NCBI RefSeq assembly: GCF_964355755.1 | Contig: NC_092680.1 | Location: forward strand, 8,556,001 to 8,620,000 | Source of the DNA: Antedon mediterranea | Lineage: Eukaryota; Animalia; Echinodermata | Direction: 5' to 3' | Length of the DNA stretch: 64,000 nt | Part shown: in pieces, positions 26,084 through 40,074 of the stretch | Position numbering within the stretch: position 1 is the stretch's first letter | Layout of the letters: each line of letters opens with the position of its first letter | Notes under the pieces: model-generated | What the model saw: the letters and a program-made list of their open reading frames with translations, nothing else | Databases searched by the model: none | What the model was told of the DNA's origin: nothing | Position numbers and translations under genes: made by a program

Positions 26084-27327
26084 TTAGATTGGCATTAACA
26101 TGGTAAATATCTGAATAAATTATATTAATTAGTAATTTTCATCAGGTACAGGCCAGATTATTAAATCGTGAACAACCTTGAGTTAATTACAATAACGAGG
26201 AACAAATTCGTTTAGTTAATTGGAGGAATACTTTTTAGATAATTGCCTGACCTCAATTAATTGTTATTAACATTCATTACTCACAGTTTTCTCGGATTAA
26301 TGTCAAAGATTCGCTGAGTTAATTATCTAATATTAATTTTCTAATCCAACTTTACATTATTGATCATGGTACAAACTTACGATACCATTAAGTATACGTA
26401 TATAGCACCTTCAACTATCATCAACTATCTTAAGATATTAAACAAAATTGATTATAATGCTTTTTAACGTGATGAAAATTAAAACGGAATATAGCATTAC
26501 CGGTATTAGTCGATTTTCGCATGCACGCACAAACACGCTTTCATTTCGGAATTAAACTAAAACTAAATAACATTTTCCAGACTCATCGTTTCATTTTGTA
26601 AGGTCACTTCACCTTATTCCCAAATTCACCCAATCCTCCGTACTGTATCTTAGTTTGCGCAGTATCTTATGACCATCCGGTGACGTAGTCTCACATGTTG
26701 ATCACATGTTGCAACTGTATCATAGGTAATTATTATAAATATTCTCTTCAACTACTTCCTTGCTGTTTTGAATTTATCGTTTTGATTTTGCTTATTTATA
26801 TCTCCATTGAGATCATATCCAGCCATCTGCTTGTTATTGTCGTACCCTAGATACTATGGAGAACCGTCTACCAAATTACAGTTACATTTTCTTTAAATGT
26901 ACAAGCATGTAGTATAAACCTTCCTGTTTTTTTTTTAGGGTGTTCAACTTGTCGTAATGTAAGTAATGAATATAAAACAATATTGTTGTCTAACAACGAG
27001 TCAGTGTGCCAGCAACCTTGGTTATTATTATCCATTGATTTCTACGAGGGACTAATTGCACGATGTATCACTAATGAACCTCGTTAACTGCTAATTAACA
27101 GGATTCATCACATCAGATAGGCCCACTAAAACAACTACTAAACCATACCGATGGCATCAGATGGTAACTATATGTGTACGATGTCAGCAGTACGAACAAA
27201 AATAACAAAAACATTGATAATAATACTTAATAGCCTACCACCACCCAAAAACAAGGATGATGTTGTAAGCCCATTACTTAATGGTGCTATATGACCATAG
27301 ATGTCAAATTAAAAAAGCATTGATAAT

Positions 27328-27436
27328 AACCCTACCCCTACCCTTACCAACCACCCCTACCCTTACACACCACCCCTAACCTTCACCACCCCTAACCTTC
27401 ATCACCCCTACCCTTACAAACCACCCCCATCCCTTT
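27328..27436. repeat. C-rich degenerate minisatellite (ACCACCCCTACCCTT-like units)
   Basis: About 6 imperfect 17-21 bp units. Confidence 0.75.
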
Positions 27437-30400
27437 CCGTAAAACGGAAATAACCTATTTGTTAAAATATTATTCTCAGTTTCCAGTTAAGCTTGAAGAC
27501 CAGAATAATACATTTAACCTTTAACATATGACATAAAACATTACAGTAACATTGATAACGGTCCGTTGAAAATCAAGGAGTCATTTTGTATAAACCCTCT
27601 TTTTTAATGGTTCTATAACCTTGATATATCCACAGTATCATTCATTATTCATTATTTTCATTTATTTATTTATTCATTTCCCAACCAACAGTGAGCTCAT
27701 GGTTCACCACTTACAGGAGGGAACACAGACAAACACGAACATATACAATAACAAACATTAAACTAAACTACAAACAATGTTACGAAACTGACGGAAATTA
27801 TTACTAAAGATATCTAACTCAGGGTTTCTTAAAGTAAAAGAATTATAAGTTTGACTTAATCTACTAATAAAACCATTTTTTTAAACATTTACTCTACTAA
27901 AAGGAATATGAAAAGTAGTATTTCTTCTAAGACGACGACTAGGGACTCTAAGATAAAAATTACTAACTAAGTTACAGTCAAATAAAGAATTAATACATTT
28001 ATACAAAAAAACAAGATCAAAAAAGGTTCTACGAGACTCAGGAGATCGGACATGTGGTAAAATACCACAATACCAGAAACGTACACAAGATTACAAGCAA
28101 TACACAACAAATGGGCGTTAGAATGGTCGAAACTTCAAGAAATTAAACATTAAAAAGCAGAAAAACGTTTTGAAGCGTATAACAAACATTGCAGTAATAA
28201 TAACCCTACTTAAGCAAGGAAGTACAAAATCCCTTTTTTCCAAAAATGGTTTGACCTTTGACTCGCTGTACTGCAATTAATTATATTAAAACCTGAATAG
28301 TATTTTCTTAAGGACGCCACCTATCGGACAGGGCCGTATTGTCATGGCCCTGTAAGTTGACTTTGTAATGAAATTAAAGTGAAGTGTCAATCAGGGTAAT
28401 TAGCAAGCATTGATGACTTAATGAATGACCAACGACACAATTGCACTAATCAAATAAAAAAGGAATTAAGTAACTGACAGTTTTTATTATGACATCTCCG
28501 CTAATAAGGTTATTCTTTTTTTAGTTTAGTTTTTATTTTTTTTAGATCTACACGGATATGTAATTCAATAAGTAATTAAGAACCAACATCATAGTTTTAA
28601 ATATTTTCATGTGATTATTGTTTTAAAATGTATTCATAAGTTGAACAAAATTTGTCGAATAGTTAGTTAAACACAATCACATGCAGGTATACATTTTTGC
28701 TATTTTAACATTTCCTATCGAAATGTACAATAAAAAGGTGACCAAAAAACAATACTGAAATACCATATCTTCAATGCAAAAGATGAAACAAAATAATATA
28801 AATAGTTGTGAAGTTAATATACTAGGAGAAATATGCATTAATGTACTTGCTAAATCCAAGTAGATTTTTTATCAGAATATGCTGGTAACATGCAATCAAT
28901 GATCTTTATCAATCTTTAAAATTCAGCCACAAATATTATATTAGAAATGTTATTGTAACGCCGGCATCAGAATCATTTATATACCTGTGTGAAGAGAAAC
29001 CAGCCTTATATTAGGAATAGCAACAGATAATAGTATAATGTTAACACAGGGTTAAGTTAGCTTCAATTTGCGCTAATCTATTTATAATTGCAATTCTAAA
29101 ACTCTTGGTCATTCACTGGTCACAGTAGGGTATCAACTTTTGGATGTACTTAATGCGTATAACACTATACCAATCAGGCTCACAGTTGATGTTTCACTTT
29201 ATTATCTTAAAACACATTTATAAATCGATATAATAGAGAAAATAGGGAACATGCTGAGTAGTGCATTGATTTCTACTAATTAACATCTTGACTTCACTAG
29301 CGTTCAATTAACGTTTGGTTTTGAATGCGCAGTATTAAATAATTATTCCTAGCTATTTGAATTGTATTACATAAAATACTTTTATTGAAAATGTGCTATA
29401 TAGCCACTGGTATAATCTAATTATGATAGTTATTTATATTTTATATAAATTGATTGATAGTATTGTACAGTATGAAAGTGCTTTTTTTAGTTCAACGAGA
29501 AAAATTTTCTTCTCAAAAAAGTTTCTCTATCTAGTGGACGGAAGGTCGAAACAATTATTTGACTTTTCTATTCCTTGGCCTACTAACTCAATATTAATAC
29601 GGTAATGACTATGAAATGAATGCGTATCATTTTACGTATTCTTATATCGCATATATTTTTTGTGTATTATTATAAACCCCTCAATCACGTACGACACGGC
29701 ATTTTGTGGTTTGTAATTCAAAATATTCACGAGAATCCGTGTGTAATTTTAAGTTAGAAGTAATGCTATAAAGCATTAAATATGTATTTAGAAGAATGTG
29801 ACTATTATATAAAGATAAAAATCTTATAGCGTCCTATATTTCAATAAAAAATTAATTACTTATGTATACATAATCGTTTTAATGACAGCAATTGTCAACA
29901 CTACTGGGCTCATAATTAAATACAGTACGAGCCAATAAAAGGAGATAAATAAAATAAATTATTATTAATAGTTGTTTTTATGTGTGCTTTTTATGTTTTA
30001 ACGAAGCTAATGATAATAGAACATGCAGTGAATACAGGTTTCCTAGCCAGAACGATTTAATTGGTGAAGCCCTTATTAGCTAAAAACAGGAAACTATCTT
30101 ATAATAAGTCTCAAATAAAGTAAGCATTAAATCTTACACAATGCTGAATTAGCATTGTATAATTACGTTAGAGAAGTGGGTTAAGGAAGCTAACAGATTA
30201 ACACAGTCCTTGTTTAACATTCAGGGTCTTCCATTAGGACTAACCAGTTAAATCCTCTTCAGACAATCAAGTTTCTTAGCCTGTCACTTTGACACACGTC
30301 AAACTTAACTTTACAAAGAGCCATGATTTCACATACAGTACAAATAATAGGCTAGGTATCTTCACCTTCTCAAATAGAGAATTATTGTCATAGTCGAGTC

Positions 30401-30813
30401 TTTGGTGTCTGTTAAATGAGGCGTATTTATTAAACGAGTTTTACAAATCCTAACACTTGCCATCTACTGAAGATGTCTGTGACCAGACAGATTTGTATGC
30501 CTGGCGCCAGGCAGCCTCATTTTTCAATGCTTTTAATTCTATTGAATAAAAAAAGATTTTAACTCGTTAGCCGCCTACCAAATCAATGTTATAATGCCCT
30601 CTTCATTTAAGAAAACACTTTCCCGTTATATATAACTGTGTTAAAGTTTGTGTTTTCTAACTAATTAGACTAATTACTTACTTGGAACAGAAAACACATC
30701 TTATAATGCAGGTTATTGTTAGGGTAAAGAGAAATAAATTTGCTAGACAATCACGTTAATATAATGTGTAATTTGTATTATGAATGTGATGATTTATTTA
30801 TTTAATATAAAAT

Positions 30814-30976
30814 ATAAATCCAAAGGCAAAATACTGAAAAAATGACAATGCTGTGGGTATCAGTGGCTGGATCTCAATGGAGATACAAAAAAACGAAGAG
30901 CTAAATCAAAACGATAAAGTAAAACAGCCAGAAAAGGTAGCAGAGCTTTCGGGCAAGACTAGCCCTTCATCCGTGC
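30814..30976 (-). mobile_element. Penelope-like terminal repeat with minimal hammerhead ribozyme (core variant CGGAUGA)
   Basis: Minus strand GCA-CGGATGA-A-GGGC-TAGTCTT-GCCC-GAAA-GC-TC-TGC; near-identical to 51500-51666; partial third copy at 31421-31479. Confidence 0.65.
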
Positions 30977-31909
30977 AATTGAGGGTAGTTCAATATAAAA
31001 TATATATATATATACTTGTAGAATTAGCATTTACAGGTGATATGTTTTGGAATGTCAGCTGTTATGTAACAATGCTTTCTTTCTGTGCCGGCAGGCGGAC
31101 ACAAGTTCGTTACGTTTGTTTAATGTCGATAATTCAGGGTGGCGGATGATAAAAAATTTCTCTTTGAGGCAGAGATTGCATTTTTTGTTTGCGCTACTAT
31201 ATGCTTTAGTAGATGTCAAGATGCGCCATGAGATTGTAAAGACTGTGTTATTCTTATATATATATTTAAGTATATAATTTGTAATGTTTTACTCTATTAC
31301 ATTTAAATGGATCTTCTATTTATTTATTATTTCAATTTCATAAGCACGTAAACAAAAATCAAAACACTGACATAGCGGCAACACATGGGATAAATTACAA
31401 ATGTAACATAACATACCGTAGCCAAATCCACTAAAAATGACAAAGCGGTGGATGCCAGTGGCTGGATCTCAATGGAGATTCAGATTTACATAACATTTAT
31501 TCAGATAATAATGAATGAATGAATGAATAAAATAAGCAAAATCTTAATAAAAACGGTTAAAAAAGGTGTTAAACTTTGGTTTGGATGGTTTTCTTTTATA
31601 CTTAATAATTGTGCAAAAGAAAACCCTACTAGAAATATAACATAAATAAGAGCAATCAGAGAGTTGCAACCTCTGCCATGAGTAAAAAGGATACAGAATT
31701 GAAATAATTTTGTAGTTTTAATGTACGGCCTAAAATGAGTAAAATAATTTGTTTTTAATATTGCCCAGAATTGGGATCCCGATCCGCATTGCTTCCGAAA
31801 TGTTATAGAATAATCCGTGACCACATACTGTACAGTATTTGTCTATTTGGTAAATATCCATCTTTTAGTTTTGACTTTATCCTGCTAACACACACAAACA
31901 AACCTCTAA

Positions 31910-32309
31910 AGGCCCGTTCACACTAGGACGATAACGATCGACGATAATAGACAATAATTTGCATTTTTCATACATAAAATAAAAGAAATATAAAACCTTT
32001 TCATTCTAGAACTATAGAATAACCATCTATGCTTCCTTTGATGACAATTATATTTCCACACGTCCAATCAAATGACGTCATGATTAGTAAGAGCAATAAT
32101 ATCGTGATAATACAACGATTTTATTGTTTTTATGTATCATGACGTCATTTGATTGGAATTTTAAAAATATAAATTTTATCAAAGACAGCATAAATGATTA
32201 TCCTATAGTCCTAGAACGAAACCCTTTCTAATTTCTTTTGTTTTATGTTTAAAAAATGCATGCTTATATATTTATCGTCGATCGTTATCGTTCTAGTGTG
32301 AATGGGCCT
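31910..32309. mobile_element. Long palindromic (foldback) MITE, Harbinger-like
   Basis: AGGCCCGTTCACACTAGGACGATAACGATCGACGATAA ... TTATCGTCGATCGTTATCGTTCTAGTGTGAATGGGCCT; arms pair imperfectly over about 180 bp; flanks TAA/TTA. Confidence 0.85.
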
Positions 32310-34951
32310 TTAGGCGCAGCTGGTGAAAATAATGTCAAAATCGGGATGTGGTGAAATAATAAAATCGAAATGTTAAATTAACTATAGGCCTAACATAATG
32401 TTTCTTTCCTTCGGAGTATTATTGACAGTTAAAAAGTATTTATGAATTATTACCAAAATAATGATATTTACTATTCTGGGACCAACTCTATATTGCTATC
32501 ATTAACAAACTGAGTTGTATAAACAAAATACACTTCAACATTTTCGCGATAAAAATAAAACATAAGTATCCACTTGACTTGTTCTCTTATATAATCTAGC
32601 TGATTGAATGGATTGAGTGTTCACACATTGGAACGTTCTTCTTGCATAGATAAAATTGAGATAATGTGCTTAATTGATTTAATTTACTTCTTCTAGGAGA
32701 ACTTAGTATGGTACTTATATGCTATATATAATCATCTAAATTAGCCTTGTAAAAATAACCACGGTACATTACATACTAGAGTGTAATAAAGAAAGTGGAA
32801 TAATTTGTATAGGCCTATAAATGATGCAAAAGAAGAGGTTTTGGACAATAGTGGTGGTAGCGATAATATAATTTACAATATGTTATTATCAAGTAACAAA
32901 TTGCAATGATGGTATAAATTAGTCGCAAGCACAATTAAAATAAACAATTTTAAACCTTTCCATTTGGTGAAAAAGGTCAGTTTATACACATGCGCATTCA
33001 TGCTTCCATCTTAGACTAGGCTTTCGAGGTGCATGACAAAGGCATGATTTTGGAAAGTACTAAACGGCCCTATGATGTCTATAGAAAACCTGTACCCGAG
33101 TCATTTGAGGCCAAAACAAAGCCTGTACAGACATTTTAGTCACATTATAATGTGAATATTGAGAAATAGGGTCGAGAGTCAAATGTCATGCTTCCGATAA
33201 TTTGTTCGTAAAAACAATGTTTCATTAGAGCGAATATAAATATGTAGATTCTGAACAAGTTTTTTAAAATATCAACTCTTTAGCATTATCTGTTTTCGAT
33301 AATTATATGGGAACCTGTAATTTCACTCCTAATTTGCATATTTTATCTAACTTGAACAAATTTGAATACTTTCAAGGTGAGTGATACAGGTGTGATTTTG
33401 AGATTTACATACAGTAACAATCCTATGTTGACTATTAGAAACTTGTATCCGAGTAATTTAAGGCCAGAACAAAAGTATCTACAAATATTATAATTTCATT
33501 ATAATTCTCATAATCATCATCATCATCATTATTATTAATATTAAAGATTGTCCGGATATTATTTTAGAATCTAAAAACTAAGAAAATAGTTCAAGACTTT
33601 TTATACGTGTCCTTGTACTACAAGGTAGCAGTTACCAATAGAAGTTAAGAACTTGTATTGATTGGTTAATTAGTTTGTATATCTTTGTAGTGTACCCCGG
33701 TTCACTAAATTGAATATCTGTCATCCCGTATGATATCCACTTGTTCAATTGTAAGTTTATTTGGCTTATTAAAGAAGAAAGCTTTATCCTATTTCTATAA
33801 CATTAAGCTATCGCGTCGATCAATAAGCACAGTATTAACCACAGGCCTGTAAGTACAATTACTAATGTTTAGGTTATATTAACGGTTGTTTTCATGTACG
33901 TATTGTAATTGTTGATATCGACATTTTCAATTGAAACGTCTCCTTTAAGATAGATAAACAAAAGTGGGATTTAAACAGCAATGCCAGGTTATTCTAAAGA
34001 ATTAGTTGGCTACAATACCGCTAATGAATTTGTTAAGTTGTTTCTTTAGTTATAAGACAATATTGGTTTAATGAAGTATATTTACCTTTGTAAATGTTAT
34101 TATTGTTATCCTGTTGCACATAGGATCTTCCGTGTAATAAACACGGTTAATAATGAAGCTGAGTATTAACTATCTAGGATGCTAAAATATTTTACACTAC
34201 TGTTGAGATGAGGTTGTTAAGAACAAACTAATGTTGTTCTGTCAAAAACCAATTATATAAATCTCATACATGGTTAGAAAATATTTTGAGAAGGTTTGTG
34301 TGGAAAATACAATATACACCAGGGGCTTCTTGTATGGTTTTTTTTTATTATTATTGTCGGCCTAATTATATGTTTTTGTATAGAAGTATAGGGAAATTAC
34401 TAATTAATTATATGTTACACAAAAGGCATAAATACTTCTATCTTTATTCCAAGGTTTTCTCCTGATATATTGATTGATTCATTTTATTTCAGAACAAAAT
34501 TTCATATCCAAAAAAACACCAATGCAACAAAATGAAATCCCACTAAATTAAAATTTTATCAAATTTACTGAACTGAATCTATTTTTTTACATAAAACTAT
34601 TTCAGAATTATGTTGACATTAATTATACTTTTACTACTATAAACTATACGAAAATAGTTTTTATATTCTTTATTTACACTAAGATCGTAGTGTAGTACAG
34701 TATGCATGTTAATCACAATTTTCTATAATGTATTGGCTGGCATATACCATTTAGATAGGGAGTATCATTCAATCAAATACAATACAAGTACTCTAATATC
34801 AGCTGATAAACATGCCCATTTTTGTTAAAATACGTATCAAAAATAACCTCACACCAATCATGGTTTAATGAGGAAACTGTATCGTTATCCAAAGATCTTG
34901 GCTATTGCAAGAGAGTAGCTCACAATAAGCAGTTCAGCTTATTTTTTATAA

Positions 34952-36099
34952 TCTATATATAAATTTACGTAAGGGCAAAATTCGGTAAATCGCGCCTTAC
35001 TTCTAGAATTTTTACTCGATGGTATATAAAGTTGGTTCGTACTTTCGGTACTGATTTTAACCACCTGATGTAACCCTGTTTACTAATTAAATTAAGTTAG
35101 ATAATTAGTTATTGACGATTAAAACGAATTTAGGTTCAACGATTTGCCCCAAATAGGGGTGTTTTCCGATCTTGGTATACACTGTCTAATGGATGTCCAT
35201 CTTGAAAAATATCCGCCAGAAAAATGCGAGGAGGCTTCGCATTTTCCTATCTCCTCCTACGATAATTGTTTTTAATAGCTGAAAACCGGTTGAACAGCTA
35301 GAGTACAGCATCATAATGTTGAAGACAGGCCGATTTTCTTTAAAAAATACTATTTTGATAGATTTAATATACGATTATACAAATGTATTGATTTGCGATG
35401 AATGGAACAACCCAATCTCTCACTCTGCCAGAGTTTGGTTTAACACAAGTAGGTAAATTTATGAGCCCTTGGTTTAACACATACGGTAGGTAAATATATG
35501 GGCCCTTTGAGAATAAACTTGCAATACTTTGACAATACTGTAAATTAAATACCTAACTATTTTTTGTCCTCATTTGAATCGAGCATTTCTTACTGTGAAT
35601 GTTCGTACTGTTGAAAAATATACAAATAAACTTTATTACTGAGATTGTGGATAGGCTCAACTGTTAAATATACAAATAAACTTTATACTGACAAATGTTT
35701 TACTGTATTTAGAGGTATATTATTTATAGGCCTATAAAACATGAAAAAAATATTTCGTTACTGAGTGGATAAAGAATATATTTAAAAATTGTTCCTCTTT
35801 GTACCTATCCGCTTTCCCATCCCTCAACCCTAATGTTACATACAAAACACAAATTCAAAAATTTGGACTCATTTTGTGGTAAGTTTCTCCTTCGGAAGTA
35901 ATTCTCAGGGTGCTAATTTTAGTTGAATACATAAATCATCGTGTCTATTTATTCGTTTCTGTAAACGACTATGTATTATAGTCCCGCGGTACGTACATTT
36001 GAAATCGCCAGTTTTGTTACGCTGAAATTACTGTGTATTCGAGAACCATCTGTGGGCACGACCTAGATGGTACGCGAGCGAAGCGAGCGTACCATCTAG
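34952..36099 (+). mobile_element. Non-autonomous Helitron
   Basis: A|TCTATATATAAATT 5' end; 3' hairpin CTAGATGGTACGC-GAGCGAAGCGA-GCGTACCATCTAG|T; A|T target, no TSD. Confidence 0.75.
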
Positions 36100-36212
36100 T
36101 CTAAGAAATAAACCTAATAATGCTATTAAATTTGTGTAATGTATAATTTCCAAATTTAACTAAAGATAATAAATGAGACTAAGAAATTATGGGGTGCGTA
36201 TCAATGACAATA

Positions 36213-36326
36213 GGAGTACCCCAAAGCAGTCTACTAGGGCCTCTCGTGTTATCATTTTAATAAATGATTTTCCCCTTTGTGATAACAAGTGTAAGGTCTC
36301 TTTATATGCAAATGATATTACTCTCT
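36213..36326 (+). mobile_element. Degenerate reverse transcriptase fragment (L2/CR1-type)
   Basis: GVPQSSLLGPLVL then frameshift to INDFPLCDNKCKVSLYANDITL (GVPQGSxLGP and YADD motifs, decayed). Confidence 0.75.
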
Positions 36327-38730
36327 TAGTCTTAGTCATTATAGATCAACGAAGAAAAGAGATGTGGAAGTGGAACTACAGTATAGGTGAAGATTTAGAA
36401 ACGACTAAAATCGAAACCTAAATTAATGACGTAAATTTAAAAATATGAACTGTCAACTTTGGATTTTTTTCTTAAATGGGATAAACACATCGACGTTATC
36501 AAAATCAATAAGAAAAACAATATTAAAATCATACATTCGTTGTTTTCCGATGAGTGTAAGGCTGAATGGTAAAAGAGCAGTTTCAGGAAATTGCCCAAAT
36601 TTAAACCAATATTTTAAATGTCATCAGAGAATGCTATAATAATGTTAAAATCATTTTTAAAAGTCACTCATAATTGAATCTAGTGGGTTCTGGCCTTTGG
36701 AATGCTGATATTATTAGACGTTTACACAATAAGCACAATTAAGACAATGATACAGATAGGAAGGCCTACCGTATATCATACCAGAGTGCCTGAATAAAAT
36801 AACAAAATATACCATACATATACATAGATACATAAAATGTCATGTTCACCAGGCTGGCGTAGGCCGGCAGTGAATACCACGGTCTATCTAATTATTAGTT
36901 ATAGACAACGGAAAATAACGGAATACCGGGCGTAACGTGCAGTGATTTACGCCGTACAATATTAATAATGGCTATCACGGCTGGCTCCCTATCCAGGCCT
37001 TCTAAACAGAGGCTAGCTCCAGTGTACAACATGCCCAGTTGCAAAATCTGAACGATTCAGAACCGTTCTTTAACATGTGAATTGTGTTACTATAGTATTT
37101 CGAAGTTTATTACGTAATTAAGTATATACTCACCAAGGAAGTGCATACGAGACCATTACTATGACGAATTGTCACTACTGTATACTGGTATGGTTTGAAT
37201 AGTATTCAAATTAGGTGGTGTGTGAGTACATACCAATAATATAGATCATTAAAATGAACTTTTAATATAAAATATAGCGAAATAAAAGGCAGAAAAATAC
37301 ATATACGCGGAGTTGTAAGTTGTTAATTTGCTTGGAATTTTATTTTTTTTTTATTCTTCGTATTAATCATTTTGATTTTCACACTCGGTACTTAAAATTA
37401 TTCACAAAAAAAACAGGGACGAGTGAAGATTAAAACAAAGTGATCAAACTTCGATTTATAGGTATAGGCCTAAGTAACTTTAATCTTCCGAAATAATTAA
37501 AATAATATTATTGCAAATATCTTCCTCCTTTATCAAGGTGGTTGTTTAATCAAACTAAATATTGCACACGGTTCGTGATACGAAATTTATATGTATTATA
37601 ATATTCATTTTTGTTGAAAATGCAATCTTTAAGAAAATCATTCGTATATTTCTTTTACATCATTAATTGTTATTATATTTGAAAAGTGATTCATTGATTT
37701 TTTTTAAGACACAATTATTACACTATATTCATAATTTGTTACACACTTTGTACAATAACTTCATTTTTATAAAACAAAAACCACATTGTAAACATATTTA
37801 AAACATATTTTTTAAAGGAGGGGAAAATTTATATACACATAATTTTATAATCTCAATAAAAGATTAAATATAATAAAAAAAAAAAGCTTGTAGAAATTCA
37901 AAATACTGAAAATATTACCCGATGACGTAGAATTAATTTAATTTACATTCCTATAGACAATTTCTATAGTACAATAATAAAATTGAAATTTCTTAAAAAA
38001 AAGAATTTTTAACGAAATTTGTAACGTATGTATACCTTGTGATATAATATTTAATATATTAATTATAATTAATTTATTATTTATTACGACATAATCAATT
38101 GTAATATTGTACTTTCATAATTGAAAGTTTATCCAATGTTGAATATCACTTTAGTGTATTTCATTACAAAAGAACTGAAATTAAGGGGTTAATAATAAAT
38201 TACTGCAGTGATCGTGAACTGTATCGTCTGCTATTTCCTCGTGATACTATATTTAGGCAATCACGAGAAAAACGCAGACGACGGACAACAATTAAACTTC
38301 CATCCATACGACTGGATTCATAAAGTAAGCCACATCAGAGGATGGATTGACGTAGGTATGACCAAAATACAATATGTGTATATAAATAAATATCATATAT
38401 AGTTACTATGATTGAAGAACATTAACATTTTAATAAGTTATGCATGTAAAGTCGATTTAAATTCGATGGTAGGAAAAATAACTCCATGTGGGGCGTGCGG
38501 AGGATATATCATCATGAAGCATGATGATCTGATTATACCAATCGTTAAAGCTTAGAAGAAAAGTAGTGCGTGAAGGAAGGTGTTTAAAGCTCCTACAGGT
38601 ATTACGATGATAAAAAGTTAACAATATTTTGTTTTTGAATAAACTTATACTGTCCACCACGGTAATTCTGTGTCAAGTACCAGACTACCTATACATTCGT
38701 ACTTTTGTATGTCTTTTGTTGCAGTCCTTT

Positions 38731-39195
38731 TTATTCTGTTTCTGTCACACTTTTATCCATTTTACCAAACGCATGTAAATGTTCTTTAGCGCGCATGCGT
38801 AATGATAGTACGCTAGTATTTCTTGGATGTGTTTCATCGAGACTTGACATCGCTAAAGAATTTGCAATATTCTGTCTTGGTAGTTTCATTGCTAAAGCTG
38901 CCGGTAGGAAAGGGAACGCTCCTGGAATCATTGGTCCCGAAGGCGTTACACCTGGTGGTACCCGATGCGGCGATAACAGACCTGGATATTGAACGGACAG
39001 TCCAGCTGAACCGAGTAAGGTTGATGTTAGCCATGGGTCGACCGGTAGGGCGCAGTGGCTTGGCATGCCAGCCGCAGCGGCTGACACACCAGCTCGTAAC
39101 GGATTCATCGGAAAATCTTGCTGAAGTTTAATAACCTGTACAGCTTCCATCTTCTCCTGTCGCCGCCATTTTGCTCTACGATTTTGAAACCATAC
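38731..39195 (-). CDS. rx: Retinal homeobox Rx, coding exon 3 (homeodomain helix 3, Rx motif, OAR)
   Basis: Acceptor TATAG|GTATGG; VWFQNRRAKWRRQEKME, LPVDPWL Rx motif, OAR RNTSVLSLRMRAKEH; stop at 38731. Confidence 0.95.
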   Translation of the reverse strand, partial: VWFQNRRAKWRRQEKMEAVQVIKLQQDFPMNPLRAGVSAAAAGMPSHCALPVDPWLTSTLLGSAGLSVQYPGLLSPHRVPPGVTPSGPMIPGAFPFLPAALAMKLPRQNIANSLAMSSLDETHPRNTSVLSLRMRAKEHLHAFGKMDKSVTETE

Positions 39196-39332
39196 CTATA
39201 ACAATAAAATTCATGAAATATTTAATAACACAGTTATAATTTATAGTTAAAATTTCTGTTGCTTGCAAAATTGGTAAAAAAGAATGTTTAATTTATCTTA
39301 TTTAAACTTATTATGTATGGGTATGATAAAAA

Positions 39333-40074
39333 ACAAGGCCAACAGCCATTAAGTCGCATGCTACAATGCATAGTGATACCGGACCGACAGACAGACCAAC
39401 AGACCGACCGACAGACAGACCGACAGACAGACCGACCGACCGACATAGTGAACTATACTGACCGAAATTACTGAACATGTTTAAAAATGTTTATATTTTT
39501 TTAATTTACACGTGCGTAGCCTGTCACTTTTGACGAGCTCGTATAACGTAATTTCGAGTTGAAAAGTAAGTCAAGAAAACAGAAATCGGGCAAAAAGAGT
39601 GCGCAATAACATTTAACGCGCAGTGCGCGCGCAAAAATATGCGCACTCATTGCAATTTTGTAAACGCTTAAAATTGCCTGAAACGTACTCTTATTTCATC
39701 GAAAATAAATTTTGAAAATTTTAAGCGCGCGTACGCATGCGTTACATGCGCTACGCACGTAATTGTATTGCCATATGATGATTTATGCCCTGAAATTTAT
39801 GAGTACCAAATTTTATTTAATTGTGATTCGTGGTTGTGAAGATATGATTACAAACGTGATTTCATTAAATCGTGCGTAGACCGCGTAATTTTTTATTGCG
39901 CACCGTGAAAACATAACCACATCGATTCCTGGCCATAAGGAATATACTGTGAAAAATTGACCTAGCTAGATTAAACTGATATCAAGATCAGGTCAGAAAG
40001 CGATAAAACGCATAGTGATACCAGACCGACCGACCGACCGACATAGTGAACTATAGAGTCGCTTCCACGCAACT
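39333..40074 (-). mobile_element. HINE/DINE-1-like element family A, copy 2 (in Rx intron 2)
   Basis: Nearly identical to 18850-19654 apart from microsatellite length and a short indel. Confidence 0.85.

Noticed and set aside
27328-27436. Interstitial telomere
   Set aside because: Only isolated CCCTAA units inside longer degenerate 17-21 bp repeats; more like a transposon-internal minisatellite
30467-30492. Hammerhead-like CUGAAGA followed by hairpin UGUCUG-UGAC-CAGACA
   Set aside because: The required GAAA box is missing (GAUUU follows)
38705-39131. Antisense ORFs over Rx exon 3 (similarly 49274-49552 and 15897-16148)
   Set aside because: Shadow frames of real coding exons with no independent features
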